Shown here: piece after piece, positions 9,706-26,662 of the stretch
Layout of the letters: each line of letters starts with the position of its first letter
Numbering within the stretch: the stretch's first letter is position 1
Assembly: GCA_965116225.1 (NCBI GenBank)
Contig: OZ220495.1
Coordinates: forward strand, 2,340,670-2,404,669
DNA length: 64,000 bases
DNA from: Dehalococcoidia bacterium
Lineage (GTDB): Bacteria > Chloroflexota > Dehalococcoidia > Bin125
Reading direction: 5' to 3'
Notes under the pieces: generated by a model
The model's database searches: none
Told to the model about the DNA's origin: nothing
The model's input: only the letters and a program-made list of their open reading frames with translations
Program-made: the position numbers and the translations under genes

Positions 9706-10839
9706 TCAGGGCCGCATCGCGTCGACCAGTCGGTCGATGTCCGACTCGGGCGTGTAGAAGTGCGGCGACGCGCGCAGCCGACCAAACCGCACCGCTGTGA
9801 TGATCCTGGCTTCCTGTAGACGTTCCCAGGTCTCGTCTACCGTCTCGCGAGCTGTCAGTTCTTGCGGTGGATCGAAGATCACGATGCCGCTGCGTTCCGA
9901 CTCACCGCGCGGAGAAAAGACGCGACAGCCGGCATCGCTCAGCTCAGCGCAGAGATACGCGGTTACGGACTCGATCCGCGCCCAGACGGTGTCGATACCG
10001 ATGTTGAGTAAATGTCGGATTGCCGCCCGCATGCCCAGCATCGTCGCCGTCGGCGTCGCGCCGGGCTCGAATCGGGACGCCGTGGGCGAGAGCATCAGCG
10101 TCTCGTTGCCGGCGGCCAGCCCGTCGGCCATGCTGTTCGCTCCCAACAGCGGCGGAATCAGGTCTTCGATCAGCGCTTCGCGCACGTAGAGTAGGCCTGA
10201 ACCAGTCGGTCCCAGCATCCATTTGTGGCCGCCGGCGGCGAGAATGTCGACATCATCCTCCGCCACATGGACCGGTAGCGCCCCTGCAGATTGGATCGCG
10301 TCGACCGAAAGCAGACCGCCAACAGCGTGCACGGCGTCGGCGATCGGTCGCAGATTGGAGCGGAAGCCGCTGCCCCATTGAACATGCGAGATGCCGACCA
10401 GTCGCGTGCGCTCGCCGATGGCGGAGATGATCTCCTCGGTCGGAATCCGACCATCGTCCTGTTGCCTGACCACATCGAGTTCGACGCCGCGCTGTTGCAG
10501 CGCATTGTAGAAGTGTCGGTTGGACGGATACTCGGCGTCGGTGACCAGGATGTGATCGCCGTTTTGCAGGTTGAGCGCGCCGGCGGAGACGGATACGCCG
10601 GTCGCCGTGTTCGGCACGAAAGCGATCTCATTGGCGCTGCGCGCGCCGATCAACTCCGCCGAGACTTGGCGGAAGTCGGCCAGGTCATCCTCCCAGGTCG
10701 AGCCGAAGTAACCCGAACGCGCTGCCTGGTCGGCGTAGTCGTGGATCGCCTGCGCGACGTCGGTCGGTAGTGGCGATACGCCGGCGTGGTTGAAGAAGGC
10801 CAGTCCGCTCTCGAGGACGGGATAGGGGTTGTCATTCAT
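9706..10839 (-). CDS. Class V PLP-dependent aminotransferase-fold enzyme (no obvious desulfurase catalytic Cys)
   Basis: FFNHAGVSP, VDAIQSAG, GGHKWMLGP, RFEPG, LRASPHFY. Confidence 0.85.
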   Translation of the reverse strand: MNDNPYPVLESGLAFFNHAGVSPLPTDVAQAIHDYADQAARSGYFGSTWEDDLADFRQVSAELIGARSANEIAFVPNTATGVSVSAGALNLQNGDHILVTDAEYPSNRHFYNALQQRGVELDVVRQQDDGRIPTEEIISAIGERTRLVGISHVQWGSGFRSNLRPIADAVHAVGGLLSVDAIQSAGALPVHVAEDDVDILAAGGHKWMLGPTGSGLLYVREALIEDLIPPLLGANSMADGLAAGNETLMLSPTASRFEPGATPTATMLGMRAAIRHLLNIGIDTVWARIESVTAYLCAELSDAGCRVFSPRGESERSGIVIFDPPQELTARETVDETWERLQEARIITAVRFGRLRASPHFYTPESDIDRLVDAMRP

Positions 10840-10897
10840 CGTTCGCTCTCCATGCGCAGAGTCTAAGTAGCTGCGACATCCTGCGGCATCGCCGCGC

Positions 10898-10953
10898 TTG
10901 CGCGTTTGAGAATTCCTGTTCTATAGTGCGATATAAACCGAACACGTGTTTCG
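10898..10953 (+). promoter_or_regulatory. Putative sigma70-type promoter with two LexA (GAAC-N4-GTTC type) boxes upstream of comM
   Basis: TTGCGC(10898)-18 nt-TATAGT(10922). AGAATtcctGTTCT at 10909-10922 and CGAACacgtGTTTCG at 10939-10953. Confidence 0.65.
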
Positions 10954-10989
10954 GTTACCTGCTCTGACAGAGTGACAAGGAGTTCACGA

Positions 10990-12543
10990 ATGCACACGCG
11001 AGTCAATGGTGGAGCGGTCATCGGACTGGAGGGCGCGCCCATCTGCGTGGAGGTCGATATCGCTGCGGGCATGCCGAAGACGACGATCGTCGGGCTGCCC
11101 GACGCCGCGGTCGATGAGGCGCGCGAGCGGGTGCGCTCAGCGATTCGCAACGCCGGTGCCGGCTTCCCGACCAAGCGCGTTACGGTTAACCTCGCGCCCG
11201 CGCACATCCGCAAGGAGGGTGCTGGGTACGATCTGCCCATCGCCGTCGGCATGCTCGTCGCCACCGGCCAGATCTGCGAGTCGGCGGTCAAGGACACGCT
11301 GTTCCTGGGCGAGCTTGCGCTCGATGGCGAGTTGCGCCATGTGCGCGGCGTGCTCTCGGTCGCCGCTGCCGCGCGCGATGCATCGGTGCGACGCATCGTC
11401 GTGCCCAAGGTTGATGCGGAGGAAGCATCGTTGATCGAGGGCATCGAAGTAGTCGCAGTCGATTCGTTGCGCGACTGGATTGAGATTGCAACCGAAGAAC
11501 GACCGCTCGCCGACGCGATCTGGCCAACGATGCCTCCAGTCGAAGAAGATCTGGGTCCGATCTACAACGGTTACGACTTCTCGGACGTGCGCGGCCAGGA
11601 ACACGTCAAGCGCGCGCTCGAAGTCGCTGCCGCCGGCGGTCACAATCTGCTGATGTGCGGACCGCCGGGGGCGGGCAAGACGCTGTTGGCATCCTGTCTA
11701 CCCGGCATTCTGCCGCCACTGACAAATCAGGAAGCGTTGGAAGTGACCAAAATCGCCTCCGTAGCGGGCATGACCGGCGGTGGCGCGCTCATCCGCCAAC
11801 GACCATTCCGTTCCCCGCACCACACGATCTCCAACGCTGGACTTGTCGGTGGCGGACAGAGGCTGCGGCCAGGCGAAGTGACGATGGCGCATCGCGGCGT
11901 TCTGTTCCTCGACGAGCTGCCGGAGTTCTCCATTCGCGCACTGGAAACGATGCGCCAGCCGCTCGAGGATCGGCGCATCACGATCACCCGAGCGCACGGC
12001 ACCGTGACCTATCCGGCAGACATCTGCCTGGTCGCGGCCATGAATCCGTGTCCCTGCGGCAACTTCGGCACCGATCAGCATTGCACTTGCACCGACGGTG
12101 CTGTGTACCGCTATCAACGACGCATCTCCGGCCCCGTGCTGGATCGCATCGATCTGTTTGTCGACGTACCAAGGGTCGAGGTGCAGAAGCTGATGCAATC
12201 TCCGGGAGCGGCAGCGCCGCCGAGCACCGAGCCTTCCGCAGATGTGCGTGCGCGGGTCGTGCGGGCGCGCCAGGTGCAACGCGACCGGTACGGTGAGTAT
12301 GGCCCGAACGCCAATGCCTCCCTATCGGCGCGCGAGGTCAATGCCTATTGCTACGACGTGCTGGACGATCGCGCGCGCACCCTGATTCAGGAAGCGGTCG
12401 ATCGGCTCGGTCTCTCTGCGCGGGGGTTCCACCGCGTGCTGAAGGTGGCGCGCACCATCGCCGATCTCGCCGATGCCGAAGTGATCTCGGCTCAACACAT
12501 CGCTGAGGCGGTCCAGTACCGTCGGCGCGTCAAACTGGTCTGA
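10990..12543 (+). CDS. comM: YifB/ComM family Mg-chelatase-like AAA+ ATPase
   Basis: VGLPDAAVDEARERV, VNLAPA, GPPGAGKT, RPFRSPHH, LFLDELPEF, MNPCPCG, LKVARTIADL. AAGGAG RBS. Confidence 0.93.
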   Translation: MHTRVNGGAVIGLEGAPICVEVDIAAGMPKTTIVGLPDAAVDEARERVRSAIRNAGAGFPTKRVTVNLAPAHIRKEGAGYDLPIAVGMLVATGQICESAVKDTLFLGELALDGELRHVRGVLSVAAAARDASVRRIVVPKVDAEEASLIEGIEVVAVDSLRDWIEIATEERPLADAIWPTMPPVEEDLGPIYNGYDFSDVRGQEHVKRALEVAAAGGHNLLMCGPPGAGKTLLASCLPGILPPLTNQEALEVTKIASVAGMTGGGALIRQRPFRSPHHTISNAGLVGGGQRLRPGEVTMAHRGVLFLDELPEFSIRALETMRQPLEDRRITITRAHGTVTYPADICLVAAMNPCPCGNFGTDQHCTCTDGAVYRYQRRISGPVLDRIDLFVDVPRVEVQKLMQSPGAAAPPSTEPSADVRARVVRARQVQRDRYGEYGPNANASLSAREVNAYCYDVLDDRARTLIQEAVDRLGLSARGFHRVLKVARTIADLADAEVISAQHIAEAVQYRRRVKLV

Positions 12544-12743
12544 TCGCCAGACGAGTAGCGCATCGACCGCAGGCAGAGTCGCGACTGTGGGCGCGCGTTT
12601 GCAAGTCGCTAACCGCACGTTCCAGAGAGTATTACCTGATGGCGGCAGGTCGTCAATCCACTGCCGTGTTCGCCGTTCATACGCTGCTGCCAGCGCATCT
12701 GGCGAGAGCGCCAGGCGGCAACACGGAAGAGGAACGCACCGGA

Positions 12744-14308
12744 ATGAGTACCGACAAGTCATCGTTTGCGCCGCTGAACTGGATTGCTCGTCGAGCGAGG
12801 TCCGCCTATCACTGCGAGATCTCGTGCGACGACGCCTGTTTCAAGCCCGCGCCGAACCAAAGCGGCAACGAACCCTTCGCGGCGATTCTCAATCAACGCA
12901 TCTCCCGCCGCTCTCTGCTCAAGGCGACACATCGCCGGCGCGCCGTTGCGGCGTTCAGCACCTTACCGCTCGGCTCGCAAATCTTTGGCTCCGCACCCCT
13001 GGCCAGGTCCGCGAGCTCGGCGTCGAGCACGGTGGGTTTGTAAAGCACCCCGCACGATAACGAGGACGTGATCAACATCTCTGATGGCTACTGCTCGAAC
13101 GTCGTGATCCGCTGGGGCGACGGAGTCGTGCCCGGCGCGCCCGTATTCAGCCTCAGCGGCCAGACCGCTGAGGCTGCGGCCAAGCAGTTCGGGTCAACAA
13201 CTGCTACCACAACGGATTTTTCCTGCTGCTGCTTGGGCAAAGTCGTCGGGGTTTGCTCGGCGTCAACCACACGAATACACGAGCGGCATCGATATGTTCG
13301 GAGGACTACGATGCCGACAATCCGACCGCGGAGCAGGCCGCCATCGAGCTGGCCTCGCACGGCATATCGATCGTCGAAGTCTCGCGCGCCGCGATACGGT
13401 ATTCCCGCCGAGGGATCGCGTCGCAAGTGGGAGCGCTTCAACGCGCGATTCGATGTGAGCAAGGAGTCGAACGAGCCCAACCGGTTCGGCTATCTCGTTG
13501 AGATCGACCCATACGCCCCAAGCTTCACGCCTCGCAAACACATCGCGATGGGCCGCTTCAAGCACGAAGCGGCTACGGTTGCTCTCTCCGACGACGGACG
13601 CGCCGTCGTCTACTCGAGCGATGATCAGCGGTTCAACGACGACGGCACGGGCGACTGGTTGCCGTTGGTCGGCGGCAGCCGCGAATGGCCACCTGGACCA
13701 ACGCGGGCATCGCCACCTTTACCCGCGAGGCGGCCGAAGACGTGGATGGCGCCAACCCGAGCGGCCCGAACACACACGGACACATCCTCGAGCTGACCGA
13801 GAACGGCGGCGACCCGGTCGCGCGACGCTTCACGTGGGACATTTTCATCCTCTGCGGCGACCCGGCCGACTCGGAGCAGGAGACCTACTTCGCCGGCTTT
13901 GACAAGAGCGAGCTCGACGCGATTTCCGCGCCGGATAACCTCGCAGTCGATCTCAACGGCAACCTGTGGATCTCCACCGACGGCCAGCCGAGCAAGCTGG
14001 GGCAAGCCGATTCCATCTACGTCGTCCCGACCGCCGGGCCTGAGCGTGGGCGCATTCGCCGCTTCATGACCGGCGTGCCAAAGGGCGAGATGGCGGGACC
14101 CGAGTTCACCCCGGATTTCGCCACACTGTTCGTCAGCGTTCAGCATCCCGGCGAGGGCGGCTGGTTGGCAGAGCCAACCAGCAGATTCCCGGACGGCGAG
14201 TTCCCGCGCCCCAGCGTGGTCGCCGCTTACAAGAACGACGGCGGGGTCGTAGGCACGTGCCGTCGTCAGAGGGCGGACGGTGATATCGTGAGCCTCCCGC
14301 CCCCGTAG
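12744..14308 (+). pseudogene. phoX: Degraded PhoX-family (DUF839) Tat-exported alkaline phosphatase
   Basis: Fragments in several frames: Tat-like ISRRSLLK, VIRWGD, NEPNRFGYLVEIDP, MGRFKHE, NTHGHILEL, PDNLAVD, EMAGPEFTPD..LFVSVQHPGE. Internal deletions and frameshifts. Confidence 0.85.
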
Positions 14309-14373
14309 CTCAGGGGATAGAGCACCGGCCTCCGGAGCCGGGAGCGTAGGTTCGAATCCTACCGGGGGTACCA
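14299..14373 (+). tRNA. tRNA-Arg(CCG)
   Basis: Acceptor GCCCCCG/CGGGGGT + ACCA, D arm AGCTCAGGGGATAGAGC, anticodon arm CCGGC-CTCCGGA-GCCGG, T loop GGTTCGAATCC. Confidence 0.95.
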
Positions 14374-14435
14374 GCGCGATCCAGCAGCGACCGTCGCCGC
14401 AGATCCCCTCGCGGATCCGTCCTGCATTACTTGGC

Positions 14436-17756
<3,321 letters not shown>

Positions 17757-17760
17757 GCGG

Positions 17761-20686
17761 TCACTCCTGTTGGTCTGCGTCTTCGATCGCGAGCGCACCC
17801 TGCGACTCCGGCGCCGCCCGCCGCGCGCGAGCGATGCGATCGATCTCCTGCCATGACTGCGCCAGTGCGTTGAACGCCAGCGCGTCGGCCGAGCGCCGTC
17901 GACGGTCGCTGATCAGGTAGAGGCGGTAGGCGAGGTCGCGCGCCGACTCCGCCTTGCCGCCGAGCCGAGCCGCGAGCGCGCCCGCCGCCTGCTCGCTGTC
18001 CGACTCCAGCAGACGGATCAAGTGCTGCGTCATCTCCCAGACGGTCAGCCGCGCGTCGGCGGACGGGTCCCAGTCGGGATCGAGTTCGGACGGTTTGCGG
18101 ATGCGCACCTTGCCGCGCTTCGCTTCGATCACGCCGGCGTGGACGAGTCCCTCGACGCTTGTGTTCTTCGCTTTGGACAGCGTCTCGGCGATGCCGTACT
18201 CGCCCTCCGCATAACCGTGTTCGTCGAACCAGGTCAGCGCCCAGCGGCTGTCGGCGTCGAAATCGCCTTCCTGCTCCGTCAGCGCCTCATCGAGGACGGC
18301 GTTGATCAGTCCCAGCGCCTCGCCGACGGATACGGCGCTGCCATCGGCGTTGAGCACCCGGGTATAGCGCGTGAAGATCGCCATGCCGGGACCGATCGAT
18401 GCCTGCGCCAGGTCGACGGGGGCGATGTTGCTGCGCTGTAGTCTCGCCAGCGCCTCGGGGAATTCAGTTCTTAGCGCCTCAAGAAATTCGCGCCGCGTCG
18501 CCGTCGGCGCTTCCGCCGGCCGCGGTCGGCAACAAAGCACGATGCTCGATGCAAGCGCGTTTGCGTTGTTTGCATTCTGTCGCCCAGACTGCTCGGTGCG
18601 TACAGGCCAGGTGGCGGTAATGACGAAGCCCGCTTCGATCGCTGCCTGTAGAAAAGTCGCCCAGCCGCTGCTGGTTGCGCCATCAACAGTAGTTTCAGCT
18701 TGTTTGAAGGCGTAATAGATCGTCGCCGGAAAGACGTTATCGCTACCCCCCCCCCCTCTCTTCCAGCAAGCCGCGCGAGCGCCCGACGCATCCCGTCAAC
18801 GAAAAACTCGTCCGCTTTCTGTTTGGAACCATGCCGGTACGGCGTCGCGACCAGCTCCTCCCGCTTGGGCGTGACGAGGGTTGCGAACAGGTCGGGAAAT
18901 ATCTCGCTCAGCGTGCGCCGCAGCCAGACATAGAAGAAGTCCGACAGATCGGCATAGTTGATATTGTTGTAATAGGGCGGGTCGGTCGAAACCACTCGCA
19001 TGTCTGGTAGAAAGTCGGTGCCGTCAGACATGGCGTCGGCCTGGAACGCCGTTCCGGGTGTAGGGCCGGATGGAAAATTGAGTAATGAACTGGCTATCCA
19101 GTCGATATGCGAGAACCAATTTCGGCTCGACGACGAAAAGAAATTTGCCTCGGCGAAATCCCAAACCATGGGAATTGCTTGGCGGCCAAAAGCTCCCGCG
19201 ATCTTGTCGCTGGAGCTTTGCCACCTTGCTATCGAGCATCCGCTTTCAGCAGCCTTACTGACGGCGAGTCCTAGTAACGTTGCGACGGCCTCCGCATACG
19301 CTCTTGCTCCACTGCCAGCTTCGCGCAGCGGTGTGCCGTCAGCGCTCAGTCCGGCAGCGACCGCATCGCGCTCGATCTGCGCACGCGCCTCTGGTACAAG
19401 CTCTGTAAACGTAGTCAATCCTACCAGTTGGCGGTTAGTAAACAGCTTTCCCCACTGATCGAGCCCATAGGGGACACATGACCCACCAGTTAGGTGTGTA
19501 GGGACAATACCCTCTGGTCGCCACATTGGTACTGCGTCCGACGCTGTGAGCTCGTGTTCAGGCGTCGGTTCTAGGTAGATGCGCTGGCGATCACCATAAG
19601 CGACGATCGCCAGCAACCGTGTACTCATTCGCCTGGCTATCCCCTCTGCCTTGATGTAGTCCGGCGGAATCGGCGTTCCCGAGAGCAGACACCTGAAGTT
19701 CGCATCCTTAATCTCCGTACCTTTCTGCACTGTATCAGGCAGTGTCCCTGCTCTAACATTGAATCGATACTCCCGTCCCTCGATCACTGGCTCGACCCAA
19801 GCCTCTTTGCCGCGTCTCTTCGAGAGCACGAAGGTGGTAGCCAACGGCACGTCGACGTCGGCGAAGGCGGGGTTGGGGCTTTTGACTGTGCGCGCCCAGA
19901 GCCAGGCGATCACGGTTAACTCGCGACCCACGTAGCGCTCGAGATCGGGTCGCTCCCGCGCCATCTCCTCGGTGATCGATACCTTCGGATACAGATGCCC
20001 GATGCGGCGTTCCGCCTCGTCGCGCATCCACTTGCCGTAGTAGCGCGCATCCTCCGCCAGGCCCTCGGTGCCGCGCCAGTCGCGGTCCATCATGCGCTGG
20101 TCGGCGCACGACTCTGGGTTGATTGGCGGCTGGCCCGAGAATTTGGGCGGAATCTCGTTCATCGCCTTGTTGATCAACACAGCGACGGGGTTGAGATCCG
20201 AGGCGTAGGTTTCAAGCCCGAGCCGCTGCGCCTCGAGCGGCAGCGCGCCGCCGCCGGCGAAGGGATCGTGGAAGACGGGCGGCGTCTGCGGGTCGAACAG
20301 TTCTTGGGCGCGCGGATGCCCGGCGTTGTCGGCGCAGGCGCGCCGCCACGAGCGCCGAATCTCCTCGCGCGCCCGCTCCAGCACGTCCTCATTGGTCGTG
20401 CTTTCCCACAGCACCAGCTCTTCGATGATCCCGAACAGCCGCTCGCGCTCGCGCTCTTGCTCTGCTTCGGTGGGAAACAGCTCGGGGACAGCGGACGGAT
20501 CATCGACCATCTGGGCGAAGATTACTGCCCGCGCTGCCGCCAGCGGCCGTCGCGCCCACCATTTGTGCAACGTGTTTGGGTGTCCGCGAGCACCGCGATT
20601 TTCGCCTCCCGCCGCCTTGTTGATCGCATCTAGCGGCAGCGCCACCTCGATCAGCTTCGTTCGCGTCTTGATGGGCGCGTCCCCGG

Positions 20687-20690
<4 letters not shown>
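17761..20690 (-). CDS. DUF1156 adenine-specific DNA methyltransferase, frameshifted at a G11 tract (phase-OFF allele or read error)
   Basis: LIEVALPL..LHKWWARRPL, DPFAGGG (motif I), TDPPYY (motif IV). After the G tract the conserved FPATIYYAFKQ...GWATFL...TWPVRTE...NALASSIVLCCRPR continues in another frame to the stop at 17761. Confidence 0.87.
18746..18756 (-). repeat. Poly-G (G11 on coding strand) simple sequence repeat inside the methyltransferase
   Basis: 11 C on the plus strand at 18746-18756, the longest homopolymer I saw in the window. Coincides with the frameshift. Confidence 0.9.
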
Positions 20691-24274
<3,584 letters not shown>

Positions 24275-24305
24275 GTCGGTTTCCGTCCCCGCTGCTCACC
24301 CGCCG

Positions 24306-25139
24306 TCAATCGGCGGGATGCCAGCTGATCAACATACCCTGCGCCGACGCGCGCCAGGTCGGTGTGAAGATGTCGCCTTCGATTCCGCTGCGCTCGAACA
24401 ACTCGTCGAGGCGCGCCTCGATGTTCGCGGCGGCGTTGGAGTGGTCGGGCGCGCCGAGCTCGTCGAGCGCAAACTGGATCGCCTGCTCCTCGCTGCGCGG
24501 CAGCCGCTCCGGCCAGCTGAACGATTCATCGATCACCTGCGTGTCGGGCGCAATCCCGAGCTCCCGGATCACCGCCAGCAAATGTTGGAAGCCGGACGCG
24601 GGCGATTCCGCTTCGCCGTAGGCGATTTGGAACAGGCTCGCGTTCAGATTGGTCGGCGGAACGGTCCAGGTAAGGATCAGCACACACCGCCGCGCCGCCG
24701 CGTCCATTGCCCGAATGAACGGTTCGATGTCGTCGATGAAGTAGGTGACATCCGCGGTGAGTACGACGTCGGCGGTCACCGACTCCGACATGGGCCAGGC
24801 TGCGTCGAGCACGGCCGCATTGGCGATGCCATGTTCGGCGACGGCGATGCTGAATTGCGCTCGCATCGCCGCGGACGGCTCAACGTTCAGCAACGACGTC
24901 GCGCGCAGCGCCAGCGGCAATCCGATCCGACCAGCGCCACCGCCGATCTCGATTAGCTCGTCGTCGCTCTCGACATAACGTAGCGCTGCATTGAGCTGCG
25001 GCTCCGGCTCGCGCTGAGGATTGAATCGGTAGGTGCGCGCCCACTTGGACCAGTGCGATTCGCCCAGCGCCAGTCCCAGTCGCCGCTGTTGCGATTGCCG
25101 CGCTTGGGTCAGTGAGTTGTAGTGTTCCGCTGCATTCAT
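24306..25139 (-). CDS. Class I SAM-dependent methyltransferase
   Basis: IEIGGGAGR, NVEPSAAMR, ADVVLTADVTY. Start trimmed to MNAAEH. Confidence 0.75.
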   Translation of the reverse strand: MNAAEHYNSLTQARQSQQRRLGLALGESHWSKWARTYRFNPQREPEPQLNAALRYVESDDELIEIGGGAGRIGLPLALRATSLLNVEPSAAMRAQFSIAVAEHGIANAAVLDAAWPMSESVTADVVLTADVTYFIDDIEPFIRAMDAAARRCVLILTWTVPPTNLNASLFQIAYGEAESPASGFQHLLAVIRELGIAPDTQVIDESFSWPERLPRSEEQAIQFALDELGAPDHSNAAANIEARLDELFERSGIEGDIFTPTWRASAQGMLISWHPAD

Positions 25140-25237
25140 TGCAGTGCTGCCCCAGGCCGTGATCGTCATAACGCGGAGCGGTGATAGCGTAGGGCTTTGA
25201 GCGTATCGCCGTGAATGCGGCGCGGGAGGGAACCTGG

Positions 25238-26623
25238 GTGTCTCAGCGAGGCCGCAGCGCGAGGACGCGTCCGCAACGCCTGGCGCGTCGTCGGGCGTCG
25301 ATTCAAGGAATCGGCCGCAGCGGTAATAGCCGTTCCTGGCTGACGTCCCGATGGGTGCTGGGCACATTCGGCATCGTCGCCGCGGCGGCGCTGATCGCCG
25401 GACTTGTCGCCACCGGGTTCGGCGAAACGACGATTCAGCCGACTGCAGATCCGCCGCCGGTTCGACGCACGGGCTCCGAGGTCGTGACCGGCGCGGTCGA
25501 GGGCAAGCCAACCTGGTCTGCGCCGCCGGCATTCGAGTTGAGCGCGGACGTCGATTATGCCGCCGAGGTTGTATTGGCGGACGGCCAGGCCATCGCCATC
25601 GATCTGTTTGAGACGCAGGCGCCTCAGCATGTGAACAACTTCGTCTTCCTGGCCAAGCAGGGTTTCTATGACGGCCTGACCATCCATGAGGTCCTGCCAG
25701 GCGTGCGGGTGCGAGCGGGAGATCCCGCCGCCGATGGCAGTGGCGGCGCAGGCTATACCCTGCCCGACGAACCGACGACCGAAGAGAACGAAGCGGCGTT
25801 GACCTCTGATGGCGTGGGCGTCGTATCCATGTGGCGCGACGACTTGGGCGCGTCTTCCTCGCAATTCGTCATCTCGCTTGCGGAGCAGGCTGAAGCGGTC
25901 GATGGAGCGACCGCCTTCGGCCAGGTCACCGGCGGTCTCGATCAGCTGTATGCGCTTGATTCCCGCGATCCGGCGGCTATTCCGGCACCCGTCTCAGGGG
26001 CCAGGATCGAGACGATTCGCATCACCGAGGACGGTGAGGTCGTGAGCGCGGGTGGATTGAGCGTTGCAGTCGAGGAGCCGACGCCGCTTGAGCCTGATCT
26101 GTCGCTGTCCTGGGATGCGCCGCCGGCGTTCGCGCTTGTGGATGGGGTCGACTATCGCGCGACGATCGAAATGGTCGGCGGCGAGACGGTCGAGATCGAT
26201 CTCTATGAAGACCTGGCTCCGCAGCACGTCAACAACTTCGTCTTCCTCGCTCGCGAGGGCTTCTACGACGCAGTGACCTTTCATCGCATCATTCACGGAT
26301 TCATGGCGCAAGGCGGCGATCCGACCGGTTTGGGCGCGGGAGGTCCCGGTTACGCTATCGATGCCGAGTTCAACGACACCAAACATGTCCGCGGCGTCGT
26401 CTCGATGGCGCGCTCTGGCGATCCCAACTCAGCCGGCAGTCAGTTCTTCATCGTCTACGACGCGGCCCCGCATCTCGACGGGGGGTACACCGCGTTTGGC
26501 GAAGTGATCGCCGGAATGGACGTTGTCGATCGCTTCCCAGCTCGGGATCCCGCGGATCCAACGGAGCCGCCGGGCCCGCAGATTGCCACGATCACGATCA
26601 GCGAAATCGCCCAAACTGAGTGA
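25238..26623 (+). CDS. Membrane-anchored tandem cyclophilin-type peptidyl-prolyl isomerase (two domains)
   Basis: N-terminal TM (WVLGTFGIVAAAALIAGLVA), two APQHVNNFVFLA..GFYD repeats, second with FHRIIHGFMAQGGDP..SAGSQFFI. Confidence 0.85.
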   Translation: MSQRGRSARTRPQRLARRRASIQGIGRSGNSRSWLTSRWVLGTFGIVAAAALIAGLVATGFGETTIQPTADPPPVRRTGSEVVTGAVEGKPTWSAPPAFELSADVDYAAEVVLADGQAIAIDLFETQAPQHVNNFVFLAKQGFYDGLTIHEVLPGVRVRAGDPAADGSGGAGYTLPDEPTTEENEAALTSDGVGVVSMWRDDLGASSSQFVISLAEQAEAVDGATAFGQVTGGLDQLYALDSRDPAAIPAPVSGARIETIRITEDGEVVSAGGLSVAVEEPTPLEPDLSLSWDAPPAFALVDGVDYRATIEMVGGETVEIDLYEDLAPQHVNNFVFLAREGFYDAVTFHRIIHGFMAQGGDPTGLGAGGPGYAIDAEFNDTKHVRGVVSMARSGDPNSAGSQFFIVYDAAPHLDGGYTAFGEVIAGMDVVDRFPARDPADPTEPPGPQIATITISEIAQTE

Positions 26624-26662
26624 TCCGCGGGCGTAACAGTGTCCACAGCGGCGGAGGACTAC

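Noticed and set aside
9706-10839. Calling this sufS/iscS
   Set aside because: The C-terminal catalytic Cys motif is missing.
17761-18540. 259-aa ORF as an independent fourth defence gene
   Set aside because: It is the C-terminal part of the DUF1156 MTase beyond the G11 frameshift; conserved sequence continues upstream of its nominal start.
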